Source of the DNA: Candidatus Saccharimonadota bacterium
GTDB taxonomy: Bacteria > Pseudomonadota > Gammaproteobacteria > Enterobacterales > Enterobacteriaceae
NCBI RefSeq assembly: GCF_014857065.1
Contig: NZ_CP046533.1
Span: forward strand, 330,001-362,000
Length of the DNA stretch: 32,000 bases
Direction: 5' to 3'
Part shown: piece after piece, positions 23,316 to 32,000 of the stretch
Numbering within the stretch: the first letter of the stretch is position 1
Layout: every line of letters begins with the position of its first letter
Position numbers and translations under genes: made by a program
Notes under the pieces: generated by a model
Databases searched by the model: none
Seen by the model: only the letters and a program-made list of their open reading frames with translations
What the model was told of the DNA's origin: nothing

Positions 23316-23579
23316 TTGCCTAATACAAAATCGTCTAAGAAAAATGCAATTAAATCCGAAAATAGACGTCAACACAACTCTAGTCGTCGTTCTATGATAC
23401 GGACTCTGATAAAAAAAGTTAAACATGCAATTTTAGAAGGAAATAAAAAAGAAGCACAAATTCGATTCACTGCAGCACAATCCGCGCTGGATAGGTATGC
23501 CACAAGAGGTCTCATACATAAAAATAAATCTGCAAGACATAAATCAAAACTACTTATTCGGATCAAAAATATGCCGTGA
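23316..23579 (+). CDS. rpsT: 30S ribosomal protein S20
   Basis: 87-aa ORF (PNTKSSKKNAIKSENRRQHNSSRRSMIRTLIKKV...GLIHKNKSARHKSKL) matching E. coli S20. TTG start at 23316 with AAGGA about 8 nt upstream. It is divergent from ribF, as in E. coli. Confidence 0.93.
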   Translation: MPNTKSSKKNAIKSENRRQHNSSRRSMIRTLIKKVKHAILEGNKKEAQIRFTAAQSALDRYATRGLIHKNKSARHKSKLLIRIKNMP

Positions 23580-23654
23580 CTAGCATAAACTTCATTTATA
23601 CAAAGAAGAACATCTAACTAGAAAATCATTAAAGATAAAAAATAATTTGCTCGT

Positions 23655-23675
23655 ACCTTGATGGAAAGTCAAGGT
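23655..23675. terminator. 7-bp stem / 7-nt loop hairpin between convergent rpsT and dnaJ (possible bidirectional terminator)
   Basis: ACCTTGA-tggaaag-TCAAGGT lies 12 nt beyond the dnaJ stop and 76 nt beyond the rpsT stop. Flanking U-tracts are imperfect on both strands. Confidence 0.3.
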
Positions 23676-23686
23676 TATAGTATTAC

Positions 23687-24811
23687 TCAACGAGTCAGAT
23701 CATCAAAAAATTTTTTTACACCATCAAAAAAATTTTTTGATCGAGGACTATTTTGCCCCCCTCTACCTTCTTTAAAACTATCTGATAATTCCTGCAAAAG
23801 ATGCCTTTGTCGTTCATTTAATCTTACAGGGGTTTCTACCACTACTCTACACAATAAATCTCCTCTACCTCCACCACGTACTGACTTTACACCTTTGCCA
23901 CGCATACGAAAGAGCCTGCCTGTTTGAGTTTCTGCAGGTACCCTCAACTTTACCCTACCATCTAAAGTAGGCACCTCTATGTCTCCGCCTAACGCTGCCA
24001 TAGCAAAATTGACAGGAACCTCGCAATAAAGATTTTTATCTTCCCTATCAAAAATAGGATGTTTACGTACTTTGACTTCTACATATAAATCTCCAGATTG
24101 AGCGCCACGCTCACCAACTTCACCTTCTCCAGACAAACGAACGCGATCACCAGTATCTACTCCAGCTGGAATCTTCACAGAAAGAGTTTTCAATTTTTCA
24201 GCTCGACCATGACCCCGACACCTAACGCAAATATTCTTAATGATTTTTCCCTGCCCTTGACAAGTAGGACAAGACTGCTGTACAGAAAAAAAACCTTGAC
24301 GCATCTGCACCTGACCTTGACCATGACAAGTTAAGCAAGTTACTATTGATGTCCCAGGTTTAGCTCCAGTACCGTAACAAACATCACACTCCACCAATGC
24401 AGGTATACGAATCTCCTTGACTACTCCACGCACTGCCTCTTCCAAAGAAAGTTCTATATTATAGCGTAAATCAGCACCCCTTCCAGATCTTTGACGATGA
24501 CCTCCCCCAAAAATATCGCCAAATACATCACCAAAAATATCACTGAAATCTGCAGTTCCACTTCCACTACCCATCCCACCAGCTTGATCGAAAGCAGAAT
24601 GACCATATTGATCATATGCAGCACGCTTTTGAGGGTCAGTCAACACCTCATAAGCCTCCTTTATCTCTTTAAACTTTGCTTCAGCTCCAGCATCACCTGG
24701 ATTTCTATCAGGATGGAATTTAATTGCTAATCTCTTATAAGACCTTTTTATTTCACGCTCTTCTGCGTTTTTAGGAACTCCCAAAACCTCATAGTAATCT
24801 AATTTACCCAT
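23687..24811 (-). CDS. dnaJ: molecular chaperone DnaJ (Hsp40)
   Basis: 374-aa ORF with a J-domain (DYYEVLGV...HPDRNPGD), a G/F region and four CxxCxGxG zinc-finger repeats ([32 protein letters not shown]). Confidence 0.97.
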   Translation of the reverse strand: MGKLDYYEVLGVPKNAEEREIKRSYKRLAIKFHPDRNPGDAGAEAKFKEIKEAYEVLTDPQKRAAYDQYGHSAFDQAGGMGSGSGTADFSDIFGDVFGDIFGGGHRQRSGRGADLRYNIELSLEEAVRGVVKEIRIPALVECDVCYGTGAKPGTSIVTCLTCHGQGQVQMRQGFFSVQQSCPTCQGQGKIIKNICVRCRGHGRAEKLKTLSVKIPAGVDTGDRVRLSGEGEVGERGAQSGDLYVEVKVRKHPIFDREDKNLYCEVPVNFAMAALGGDIEVPTLDGRVKLRVPAETQTGRLFRMRGKGVKSVRGGGRGDLLCRVVVETPVRLNERQRHLLQELSDSFKEGRGGQNSPRSKNFFDGVKKFFDDLTR

Positions 24812-24948
24812 ATCTACCTTAATACTTAGCGTACATACAAAAACTCAAAAACAGCAGAAATCGCCACCACAATCTCCCACATCATGAATATGGATACCAT
24901 AAATTAACAAAATGCTAACAAACAGAACCTTAAAATAGAATATAATAC

Positions 24949-26871
24949 TTATTTTTTATTCTTTACCTCTTCAAATTCTGCATCAACAACATCTCCTGTA
25001 GTTTCAGTAGTTCTAGAATTATTAATATTACCATCAGCAGTAGTCTTATTCTGAGCACGTTGTTGAGCAATTTCCAATAATTTACCAGATACTTTTATTA
25101 AATCTTGCATTTTGGCTTCAATTTCACCTTTATCTTCATTTTTTATAACAATGTCCAAATTCTTTAACGCATTATCAATAGCTAACTTATCATCTGACGA
25201 TAACCGATCGCCCAATTCAACTAATTGCTTACGTGTACTATGTAATAAATGATCAGCTTGATTCCTGGTTTGTACTAATTCTTCAAATTTACGATCAGAT
25301 TCGACATTAGCTTCTGCCTCTCGAACCATTTTTTTAATTTCTTCTTCATTCAATCCAGAAGATGCTTTAATAGTAATTTTTTGTTCTCTTCCACTATTCT
25401 TGTCTTTAGCAGATACATGCAAAATACCATCTGCATCAATATCAAATGTAACTTCTATCTGAGGAATACCACGCATTGCCGGGGCAATACCATCTAAATT
25501 AAATTGACCTAAAGATTTGTTATCACTAGCGCGTTTACGTTCACCTTGCAATACATGAATAGTAACTGCAGACTGATTATCTTCAGCAGTAGAAAAAACT
25601 TGACTATGTTTAGTAGGAATAGTAGTATTCTTAGCGATTAACGGAGTCATTACTCCACCCATAGTTTCAATGCCCAAAGATAATGGTGTAACATCTAACA
25701 GTAAAACGTCTTTTACATCACCAGATAAGACGCCGCCTTGGACTGCTGCACCGATAGCAACAGCTTCGTCAGGATTAACGTCTTTACGTGGATCCTTGCC
25801 AAAAAATTCAGAAACTTTTTTCTGCACTAACGGCATCCTAGTTTGACCACCTACCAAAATCACATCGTTAATATCAGAGATAGACAAACCTGTATCCTTC
25901 AGCGCTATCTTAAGAGGATTCATAGTGCGATTAATTAATTCCTCCACAAGAGATTCAAGTCTAGCGCGAGTAACTCTTAAATTCATATGCTTAGGACCAG
26001 TAGTATCTGCTGTAATATAAGGTAAATTAATATCAGTTTGATGAGAAGAAGATAGCTCTATCTTAGCTTTTTCAGCAGCTTCTTTTAACCTTTGCATTGC
26101 TAAAGGATCATTATGTAAATCAATGCCCTGAGTGTTACGAAATTCAGCTACTAGATAATTAATTAAACGACTATCAAAATCTTCACCCCCTAAATGAGTA
26201 TCACCATTAGTGGCTAATACTTCAAAAGTCTTTTCTCCATCAACTTCATCAATCTCTATAATTGAGATATCAAAGGTACCGCCACCTAAATCATAAACTG
26301 CAATAGTACGATTACCTGTTTCTTTATCCAAACCATATGCCAAAGCAGCAGCGGTAGGTTCGTTAATAATTCGCTTTACTTCTAAACCAGCAATACGGCC
26401 AGCATCCTTTGTCGCCTGACGTTGAGCATCATTAAAATAAGCTGGAACCGTAATTACAGCTTCACTAACCTCATTCCCAAAATAATCTTCCGCAGTTTTT
26501 TTCATCTTCTTTAAAATTTCAGCCGAAACTTGCGGAGGAGCAACTTTTTGTCCTTTAATATCTAGCCAAGCATCTCCATTATCAGCTGCAATAATCTTAT
26601 ACGGCATAATACCAACATCACGTTGAACTTCTTTATCTGAAAAACGACGACCAATCAAACGCTTAATAGCAAACAAAGTATTTTGCGGATTCGTAACAGA
26701 CTGACGCTTCGCAGGTTGACCAACCAGAATTTCACCATCCTGTGTATAAGCAATAATAGAAGGAGTAGTACGATCCCCTTCGCTATTTTCTAAGACACGA
26801 GGCTTACCTCCTTCAATAATTGCAACACAAGAATTGGTTGTACCCAAATCAATACCAACAATCTTTCCCAT
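24949..26871 (-). CDS. dnaK: molecular chaperone DnaK (Hsp70)
   Basis: 640-aa ORF ([40 protein letters not shown]) with very high similarity to E. coli DnaK. GGAG lies 8 nt upstream of the ATG. Confidence 0.98.
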   Translation of the reverse strand: MGKIVGIDLGTTNSCVAIIEGGKPRVLENSEGDRTTPSIIAYTQDGEILVGQPAKRQSVTNPQNTLFAIKRLIGRRFSDKEVQRDVGIMPYKIIAADNGDAWLDIKGQKVAPPQVSAEILKKMKKTAEDYFGNEVSEAVITVPAYFNDAQRQATKDAGRIAGLEVKRIINEPTAAALAYGLDKETGNRTIAVYDLGGGTFDISIIEIDEVDGEKTFEVLATNGDTHLGGEDFDSRLINYLVAEFRNTQGIDLHNDPLAMQRLKEAAEKAKIELSSSHQTDINLPYITADTTGPKHMNLRVTRARLESLVEELINRTMNPLKIALKDTGLSISDINDVILVGGQTRMPLVQKKVSEFFGKDPRKDVNPDEAVAIGAAVQGGVLSGDVKDVLLLDVTPLSLGIETMGGVMTPLIAKNTTIPTKHSQVFSTAEDNQSAVTIHVLQGERKRASDNKSLGQFNLDGIAPAMRGIPQIEVTFDIDADGILHVSAKDKNSGREQKITIKASSGLNEEEIKKMVREAEANVESDRKFEELVQTRNQADHLLHSTRKQLVELGDRLSSDDKLAIDNALKNLDIVIKNEDKGEIEAKMQDLIKVSGKLLEIAQQRAQNKTTADGNINNSRTTETTGDVVDAEFEEVKNKK

Positions 26872-26916
26872 CTAAATACTCCATCGAAAAACCAGTTTTA
26901 TCATTTCATGAAACTG

Positions 26917-26944
26917 ATATGCGGGCAAAATTAGAATTTTCAAG
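26917..26944 (-). promoter_or_regulatory. sigma-32 (RpoH)-type heat-shock promoter candidate for dnaK-dnaJ
   Basis: The minus strand reads CTTGAAA-attctaattttgc-CCGCATAT, against the E. coli sigma-32 consensus CTTGAAA-N13/14-CCCCATNT. It ends about 45 nt upstream of the dnaK ATG. The CCCGC block stands out in an otherwise A/T-only spacer. Confidence 0.5.
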
Positions 26945-27066
26945 TTTACTAATAAATTTGTTTTCAAATACTAACAAAACCAAAACAAAATATTAAAACT
27001 AAAAACCAAAAATAATAAAAATAAAACGTTATCATTAACAATTAAATTATAAAAACAAAAAATTAT

Positions 27067-28359
27067 TTATGCTAATGACAATAAAAAATCACGTAATTGA
27101 TTAAAATCTGATGAAATTTTTCGCGATAGTATAGGCAATTTAGAAAATTTAAGTAATGAACAAGGTAATAGTAGAGATAAATTATTTGAAAAAATATTTT
27201 CTATTTCATGTTTAAACTTAGCAGGATGTGCAGTGCCAAGAAATATACCAAATTCATCATTTCGCAATTGATCACTTAATACACGATAAGAAACAGCTGC
27301 ATGTGGTTCAGAAATATAACCAAAATTAGCTATCTCACGAATAGTTGCAACAGTTAAACTATCATCTACACTACCATAAGCTAATTTAGATAAACTCCAA
27401 GATTTACGACGAAATAATTCCTCTATTCTAACCCAATTACTAGGATGACTCACATCCATGGCATTAGATAAAGTAGTAATTGTCGATTTAGGATCCCAAT
27501 AACCATTATAAAGAAAACGCGGTACAGTATCATTAATATTTGTAGCAATAATAAAACGTTTTACAGGCAAACCAATTGATTTAGCCAATAAACCTGCAGT
27601 CAAGTTTCCAAAATTTCCACTAGGCACAGAAATAACTATTTTATAATATAAATCTTTTGGAAGCTGAGCTAACGCTTCGAAATAATAACAAATTTGTGCC
27701 AATAATCGACTAATATTAATAGAATTAGCAGAATTTAATTTTAATTTATGTTTTAAATTAGAATCACTAAAAGCTTGTTTTACTAACATTTGACATGTAT
27801 CAAAATCTCCATTTACTGCTAAAGAATGAATATTTTTACCCAAAGTACAAAACAATTTTTCTTGAAAAGAACTTATTTTACCTTCAGGATATAAAATTAC
27901 GACATGCACATTGTTAAGTCCATAAAAAGCATGCGCTATTGCTGCACCTGTATCTCCAGAAGTAGCAACTAAAACAATCATTAATTTTTCTGTATTCAAT
28001 TCACTAATAATTTGAGCCATAAATCGTCCGCCAAAATCTTTAAAAGCTAATGTAGGACCATGAAATAACTCCAATACAGCTATATTGTTCTTCAATAAAA
28101 CTAATGGTATAGGAAATATAAAAGCAGAACTTATACATTTTAATAATTTATTAACAGGTATTTCATCACCCACATAGGATAAAAGAATACGTAAACTACG
28201 ATTAATAAAATCCATTTCTAATAAATCGTTAACCTCAGAAATAGTAAATCTAGGTAAATTTACTGGAAAAAATAAACCATCATTATAACCTATACCTTGT
28301 TTTACTGCCTGTACGAAACTAACTTGTTCGTTACTATTTTTAATATTATAAAATTTCAT
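27067..28359 (-). CDS. thrC: threonine synthase
   Basis: 430-aa ORF (MKFYNIKNSNEQVSFVQAVKQGIG, FHGPTLAFKDFGGRFMAQ with the PLP lysine, TSGDTGAA, SANSINISRLLAQICYYFEA) colinear with E. coli ThrC. Confidence 0.96.
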   Translation of the reverse strand: MKFYNIKNSNEQVSFVQAVKQGIGYNDGLFFPVNLPRFTISEVNDLLEMDFINRSLRILLSYVGDEIPVNKLLKCISSAFIFPIPLVLLKNNIAVLELFHGPTLAFKDFGGRFMAQIISELNTEKLMIVLVATSGDTGAAIAHAFYGLNNVHVVILYPEGKISSFQEKLFCTLGKNIHSLAVNGDFDTCQMLVKQAFSDSNLKHKLKLNSANSINISRLLAQICYYFEALAQLPKDLYYKIVISVPSGNFGNLTAGLLAKSIGLPVKRFIIATNINDTVPRFLYNGYWDPKSTITTLSNAMDVSHPSNWVRIEELFRRKSWSLSKLAYGSVDDSLTVATIREIANFGYISEPHAAVSYRVLSDQLRNDEFGIFLGTAHPAKFKHEIENIFSNNLSLLLPCSLLKFSKLPILSRKISSDFNQLRDFLLSLA

Positions 28360-28362
28360 TTA

Positions 28363-29295
28363 CTATTTCACTATTACATGTGCTCCACGAGTATTTAATT
28401 GACAAATATAAACAAAACCTTCATCATTCTGTAAATAATAATTAGTTAACCAATTAGCTGCACATAATGCAGTATTATAAACATCAAAAATACTAAATAA
28501 AGTAGGACCAGAACCAGAAATTCCACATGTCAAAGCGCCAAGACCAATAATATATTTGTAAGCATTAATATATCCCGGTAGTAATTTAACACGGTATGGT
28601 TCGGCAATTATATCTCTCATCAATATAGCCGCCAAAGATGCCTGTCGAGTATGACAAGCATGTATAAAGCCAGCCAAATCTCTACTATGATTAATACAAT
28701 CAGATCTCACATATTTATCTGGTAAAACCTTTCTAGCTCTAGCGGTAGAAATTGTATTCCCTGGGTAAGCTATCACCCATAACCAATCTTCAAATACAGG
28801 TAGTTTCTGACTAATAATACCATTTTCTTTTATTATTAACTGCATACCACCAAGAAAAGAAGGAGCTACATTATCAAAATGAGTTTCACCAGCTATAGAA
28901 CCTTCCATTTCACCCATTAACGTTAATAGTTGATGATCATTCAACGGATAATTTAAATGAATATTCATAGCCATTAATGCTGCTACTATAGAACAAGCAC
29001 TGGATCCTAAGCCAGAACCAATAGGAACGTTTTTTTCCAATTGCATAGCTACTGGACAAATTTTATTTACTGAAACACAAAATCTTTGCCAACATTGATA
29101 AACAAGATTATCCTCCAGTCTTGAAGGTAATTTATTAATAAAATAACCAGTATTATACAAACTGAATTCATCAGCATGTTCTACAGTAACCGTATCTCCA
29201 AGAACAAATCCATCTATTGGAGATACGGTTATCCCAAGAACATCAAAACCTACGTTAATATTACCAATAGAAATTGGGGCAAAAACCTTAATCAC
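28363..29295 (-). CDS. thrB: homoserine kinase
   Basis: The ORF track starts at a TTG (29313) overlapping the thrA stop. Alignment to E. coli ThrB (MVKVYAP...) favours the GTG at 29295 ([22 protein letters not shown]), giving 310 aa as in E. coli. GGAG lies 7 nt upstream. The GHMP motif [12 protein letters not shown] is present. Confidence 0.9.
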   Translation of the reverse strand: MIKVFAPISIGNINVGFDVLGITVSPIDGFVLGDTVTVEHADEFSLYNTGYFINKLPSRLEDNLVYQCWQRFCVSVNKICPVAMQLEKNVPIGSGLGSSACSIVAALMAMNIHLNYPLNDHQLLTLMGEMEGSIAGETHFDNVAPSFLGGMQLIIKENGIISQKLPVFEDWLWVIAYPGNTISTARARKVLPDKYVRSDCINHSRDLAGFIHACHTRQASLAAILMRDIIAEPYRVKLLPGYINAYKYIIGLGALTCGISGSGPTLFSIFDVYNTALCAANWLTNYYLQNDEGFVYICQLNTRGAHVIVK

Positions 29296-29309
29296 AACAA
29301 AACTCCAAA

Positions 29310-31775
29310 TCAATGAGGCGACGATAATGTGCGTAAAAGATCAGCAAAAATACCAGCAGCTGTAACATCATTACCAGCTCCATATCCACGCAATACCAAA
29401 GGTAATGGTTGATAATAACGAGTAAAAAATGCCAACGCATTTTCACCATTTTTAACTTTAAATAATGGATTATCATTATCTACAAATTCTGTTTTTACCT
29501 GACAATATTTTTTTTCTCTAATACTACCTACATAACGCAACACACAACCTCTATCATGCGCTAAAGAAACTTTAGTTAAAAAATCATGATCAATGAAAGA
29601 TAACCTTCTGAGAAAACTATCTACATCTCCGCTAACATCAAAATTTATTGGAAGAACAGATTTAACATATATATCCTTTAACTCTAATTGACAACCAACT
29701 TCGCGAGCAAGAATAAGTAATTTACGAGCTACGTCAATACCAGAAAGATCTTCACGAGGATCAGGTTCGGTATAACCGCGTTGTCTAGCAATCCTTGTTG
29801 CTTCTGATAAAGACATTCCCTCATCCAATTTACCAAAAATAAATGACAAAGAACCAGAGAGAATCCCTGAAAAATACATTAATTCATCCCCTGCATTTAA
29901 TAAATTCTGTAAATTATCTATTACAGGAAGACCTGCACCAACATTAGTATCATAAAGAAATTTACGATGAGATGTCAAAACTGCAGCACGAATTTTACGA
30001 TAATATTCCATAGAAGAAGTATTACCTTTCTTATTAGAAGTAACAACATGGAATCCATGTGTTAAAAAATCTACATATCTCTTTGCTACTTTTACGCTAC
30101 TGGTACAATCTACTATCACTGGATTAAACAAATAATGATTTGTTGTTAAAGCAATAATTTTATCCAAATTAGTAATCTCATAACTTCCATTTTCTATTAA
30201 AAAATTCTGCCAATTACTCAAATCTAGCCCATATGTATCAATCCTCATAATTCGAGAATTAGCAATACAACATACTCGTAAATCAATATGTTTATTCTTT
30301 AGCCAATTATATTGACGATAAATCTGTTTTATTAATGCACAACCTACACCTCCTATACCAATAATAAATACTTCTATAATTTGATTATGATTAAATAATG
30401 CCTGATGAACAACGCGCACTCCAGTAACAGTGTTGCTATCATTTACTACAACTGAAATAGAACGTTCTGATGAACCTTGTGCAATGGCAATAATATCAAT
30501 ATTAACACTAGATAAAGCACCAAAAAATTTAGTCAGTAACCCAGGTTGAGAACACATACCATTACCAACTATCGAGATAATTGCTAATTTAGTTGTTACG
30601 GATAAAGGATTTAAGAGATTATTTTTTAATTCAAGATAAAATTCTTCTTCCAATACTTTACAAGCAGCAGATAAATCTTGATCATAAATACAAAAACTAA
30701 TACTATATTCTGAAGAGGATTGGGTAATTAATACAACTGAACAATTAACACGAGAAATTGCAGCAAAGACTCTAGCCGCCATACCAATCATACCTTTCAT
30801 TCCATGGCCAGAAACATTAATCAAACTCAAATTTTTCAAATAAGTAATGCCTTTTACAATAAGATTTTGTTCTTTGTTATTAATAGGACCAATAAGAGTA
30901 CCTGGTGCTTGAATGTTAGTGATATTTTTTATAAGACAAGGTATTCGAAACTGAGCAATAGGTGATATAGTACGTGGATGTAAAACTTGAGCACCAAAAT
31001 AAGAAAGTTCCATTGCTTCTTCATAAGATAAAAAACGCAATAACTGAGCATCAGGAACTTGTCGTGGGTCACAGGTATATACGCCATCAACATCAGTCCA
31101 AATTTCGCAACAAGTAGCACGTAAACATGCTGCTAATACTGCAGCAGAATAATCAGATCCATTTCTGCCTAATGCTACCAACTCCCCTCGTTCATTACCA
31201 GCAGTAAAACCAGCCATTAAAATTATGGCATCAATAGGAATAACAACGGTTTGAATTCGTTTAGTGGATGCCCGAATATCTACCATAGAAGCTAAATAGC
31301 TACCGTATGCTAATAATTTTTCTACCGGATCAATAACAGTTACACCAAAACCACGAGAAATTAATAGTTCCTGCATTAAAAAGATAGATAATTTTTCTCC
31401 TAAACAAATAATTGTTGCATTAATACTATCAGGACAATACTTTAATAATGAAATTCCATATAATAATTGTTCAAGAGAAGTAAATTCTTGATTAATTAGA
31501 TCATTTAACTTCAAATAATTAAATCTTGGTTCTAAGTGCATTAAATTACTTGATAATTCTAAGAAAAATTTTTTTACATCATGAAAATCGCTTAAAAAAT
31601 CTATGTTACTTAAAGTTTTATTAATCATTGTTATTAAATGATTAGTAATTTTTGCTGGCGCAGACAAAACAACAGCAACTTGTCCTTGCTTAACATAAGT
31701 CTCCAAGATATTGGCAACACGAACAAAACATTTAGCATTAGCAACTGAAGTGCCACCAAATTTCAAAACTCGCAT
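29310..31775 (-). CDS. thrA: bifunctional aspartokinase I / homoserine dehydrogenase I
   Basis: 821-aa ORF ([76 protein letters not shown]) colinear with E. coli ThrA (820 aa). AGGAG lies 6 nt upstream of the ATG. Confidence 0.97.
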   Translation of the reverse strand: MRVLKFGGTSVANAKCFVRVANILETYVKQGQVAVVLSAPAKITNHLITMINKTLSNIDFLSDFHDVKKFFLELSSNLMHLEPRFNYLKLNDLINQEFTSLEQLLYGISLLKYCPDSINATIICLGEKLSIFLMQELLISRGFGVTVIDPVEKLLAYGSYLASMVDIRASTKRIQTVVIPIDAIILMAGFTAGNERGELVALGRNGSDYSAAVLAACLRATCCEIWTDVDGVYTCDPRQVPDAQLLRFLSYEEAMELSYFGAQVLHPRTISPIAQFRIPCLIKNITNIQAPGTLIGPINNKEQNLIVKGITYLKNLSLINVSGHGMKGMIGMAARVFAAISRVNCSVVLITQSSSEYSISFCIYDQDLSAACKVLEEEFYLELKNNLLNPLSVTTKLAIISIVGNGMCSQPGLLTKFFGALSSVNIDIIAIAQGSSERSISVVVNDSNTVTGVRVVHQALFNHNQIIEVFIIGIGGVGCALIKQIYRQYNWLKNKHIDLRVCCIANSRIMRIDTYGLDLSNWQNFLIENGSYEITNLDKIIALTTNHYLFNPVIVDCTSSVKVAKRYVDFLTHGFHVVTSNKKGNTSSMEYYRKIRAAVLTSHRKFLYDTNVGAGLPVIDNLQNLLNAGDELMYFSGILSGSLSFIFGKLDEGMSLSEATRIARQRGYTEPDPREDLSGIDVARKLLILAREVGCQLELKDIYVKSVLPINFDVSGDVDSFLRRLSFIDHDFLTKVSLAHDRGCVLRYVGSIREKKYCQVKTEFVDNDNPLFKVKNGENALAFFTRYYQPLPLVLRGYGAGNDVTAAGIFADLLRTLSSPH

Positions 31776-32000
31776 GAAAAGCTCCTAAATTTTTAAGGTA
31801 AGTAACTTACATAAATTAAATGAAAAATATAAAATTACACAAGTCTTTTATATTCATCAATATTGCTGTAAAGAACAACATAATCACCACTGTTGACTAT
31901 AATTTTAACGTTAGTAAACAAAAAATAAATTTAAATAATAAATAATATTTTAATTAAATTTAATTTAAATAAATTTAATGCAATCATAAAATAAAAACAT

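Noticed and set aside
23658-24730. Three plus-strand ORFs (23658..23927, 24098..24334, 24491..24730) antisense to dnaJ
   Set aside because: dnaJ is locally GC-richer, so its antisense frames lack A/T-rich stop codons. The products are low complexity (S/T/P-rich), and dnaJ itself is unambiguous.
24812-24948. 137-nt dnaK-dnaJ spacer with a relatively GC-rich core (cagcagaaatcgccaccacaatctcccac); possible sRNA or attenuator hairpin
   Set aside because: I could find only a 6-bp imperfect stem (ccauau/augugg with a G:U pair) and no terminator-like structure. There is not enough evidence for an RNA element without comparative or expression data.
23687-26871. The dnaK-dnaJ block is clearly GC-richer than its neighbours (sample line 24361..24420 is about 45% GC, against about 20-28% in lptD); is this a horizontally acquired island?
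   Set aside because: Synteny is ancestral (thrC-dnaK-dnaJ-rpsT as in E. coli). The proteins are typical enterobacterial orthologues. Highly expressed, strongly constrained chaperones are expected to resist A/T drift. Nothing suggests transfer.
31776-32000. Region upstream of thrA, searched for a thrL-type Thr/Ile-rich leader peptide and attenuator; it contains the low-complexity palindrome aattaaatttaatt and repeated aaatttaa
   Set aside because: Small ORFs on the thrA strand (for example MLFFTAILMNIKDLCNFIFFI) have no Thr/Ile run, and no terminator/antiterminator pair is visible. The palindromes are short (7-bp arms) A/T low-complexity sequence. The region is truncated by the window edge.

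Overview
AT-rich, gene-dense 32-kb segment of a reduced Enterobacterales-type gammaproteobacterial genome. It looks like an obligate insect nutritional endosymbiont (Blochmannia/Buchnera-like lifestyle), but the taxon cannot be fixed without a database search. I can support 23 protein genes, all with clear by-eye similarity to E. coli proteins. On the minus strand: leuD (partial), leuC, leuB, leuA, folA, carB, carA, dapB, ispH, lspA, ileS, ribF, dnaJ, dnaK, thrC, thrB, thrA. On the plus strand: lptD, surA, pdxA, rsmA(ksgA), apaH, rpsT. Read in reverse, the order is colinear with E. coli K-12 minutes 0-2 (thrABC ... dnaKJ ... rpsT/ribF-ileS-lspA-ispH ... dapB, carAB ... folA, apaH-ksgA-pdxA-surA-lptD ... 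leu). All intervening accessory genes are deleted and the leu operon is inverted. I see no rRNA, tRNA, IS or phage remnants, CRISPR array or defence-type cassette, and no convincing novel multi-gene system; this is core housekeeping and biosynthetic DNA. The observations most worth a second look are: (1) ispH seems to need a non-canonical ATT (AUU) start codon behind a perfect GGAGG Shine-Dalgarno; (2) two long perfect A/T-rich inverted repeats sit exactly on the stop codons of ispH and lspA; (3) a sigma-32-type promoter lies upstream of dnaK; (4) a 675-bp gene-free spacer marks the leuA/lptD synteny breakpoint; (5) all poly(A) runs of 9 nt or more fall in the lagging-strand lptD-pdxA-ksgA block; (6) LptD and SurA show lineage-specific degeneration.
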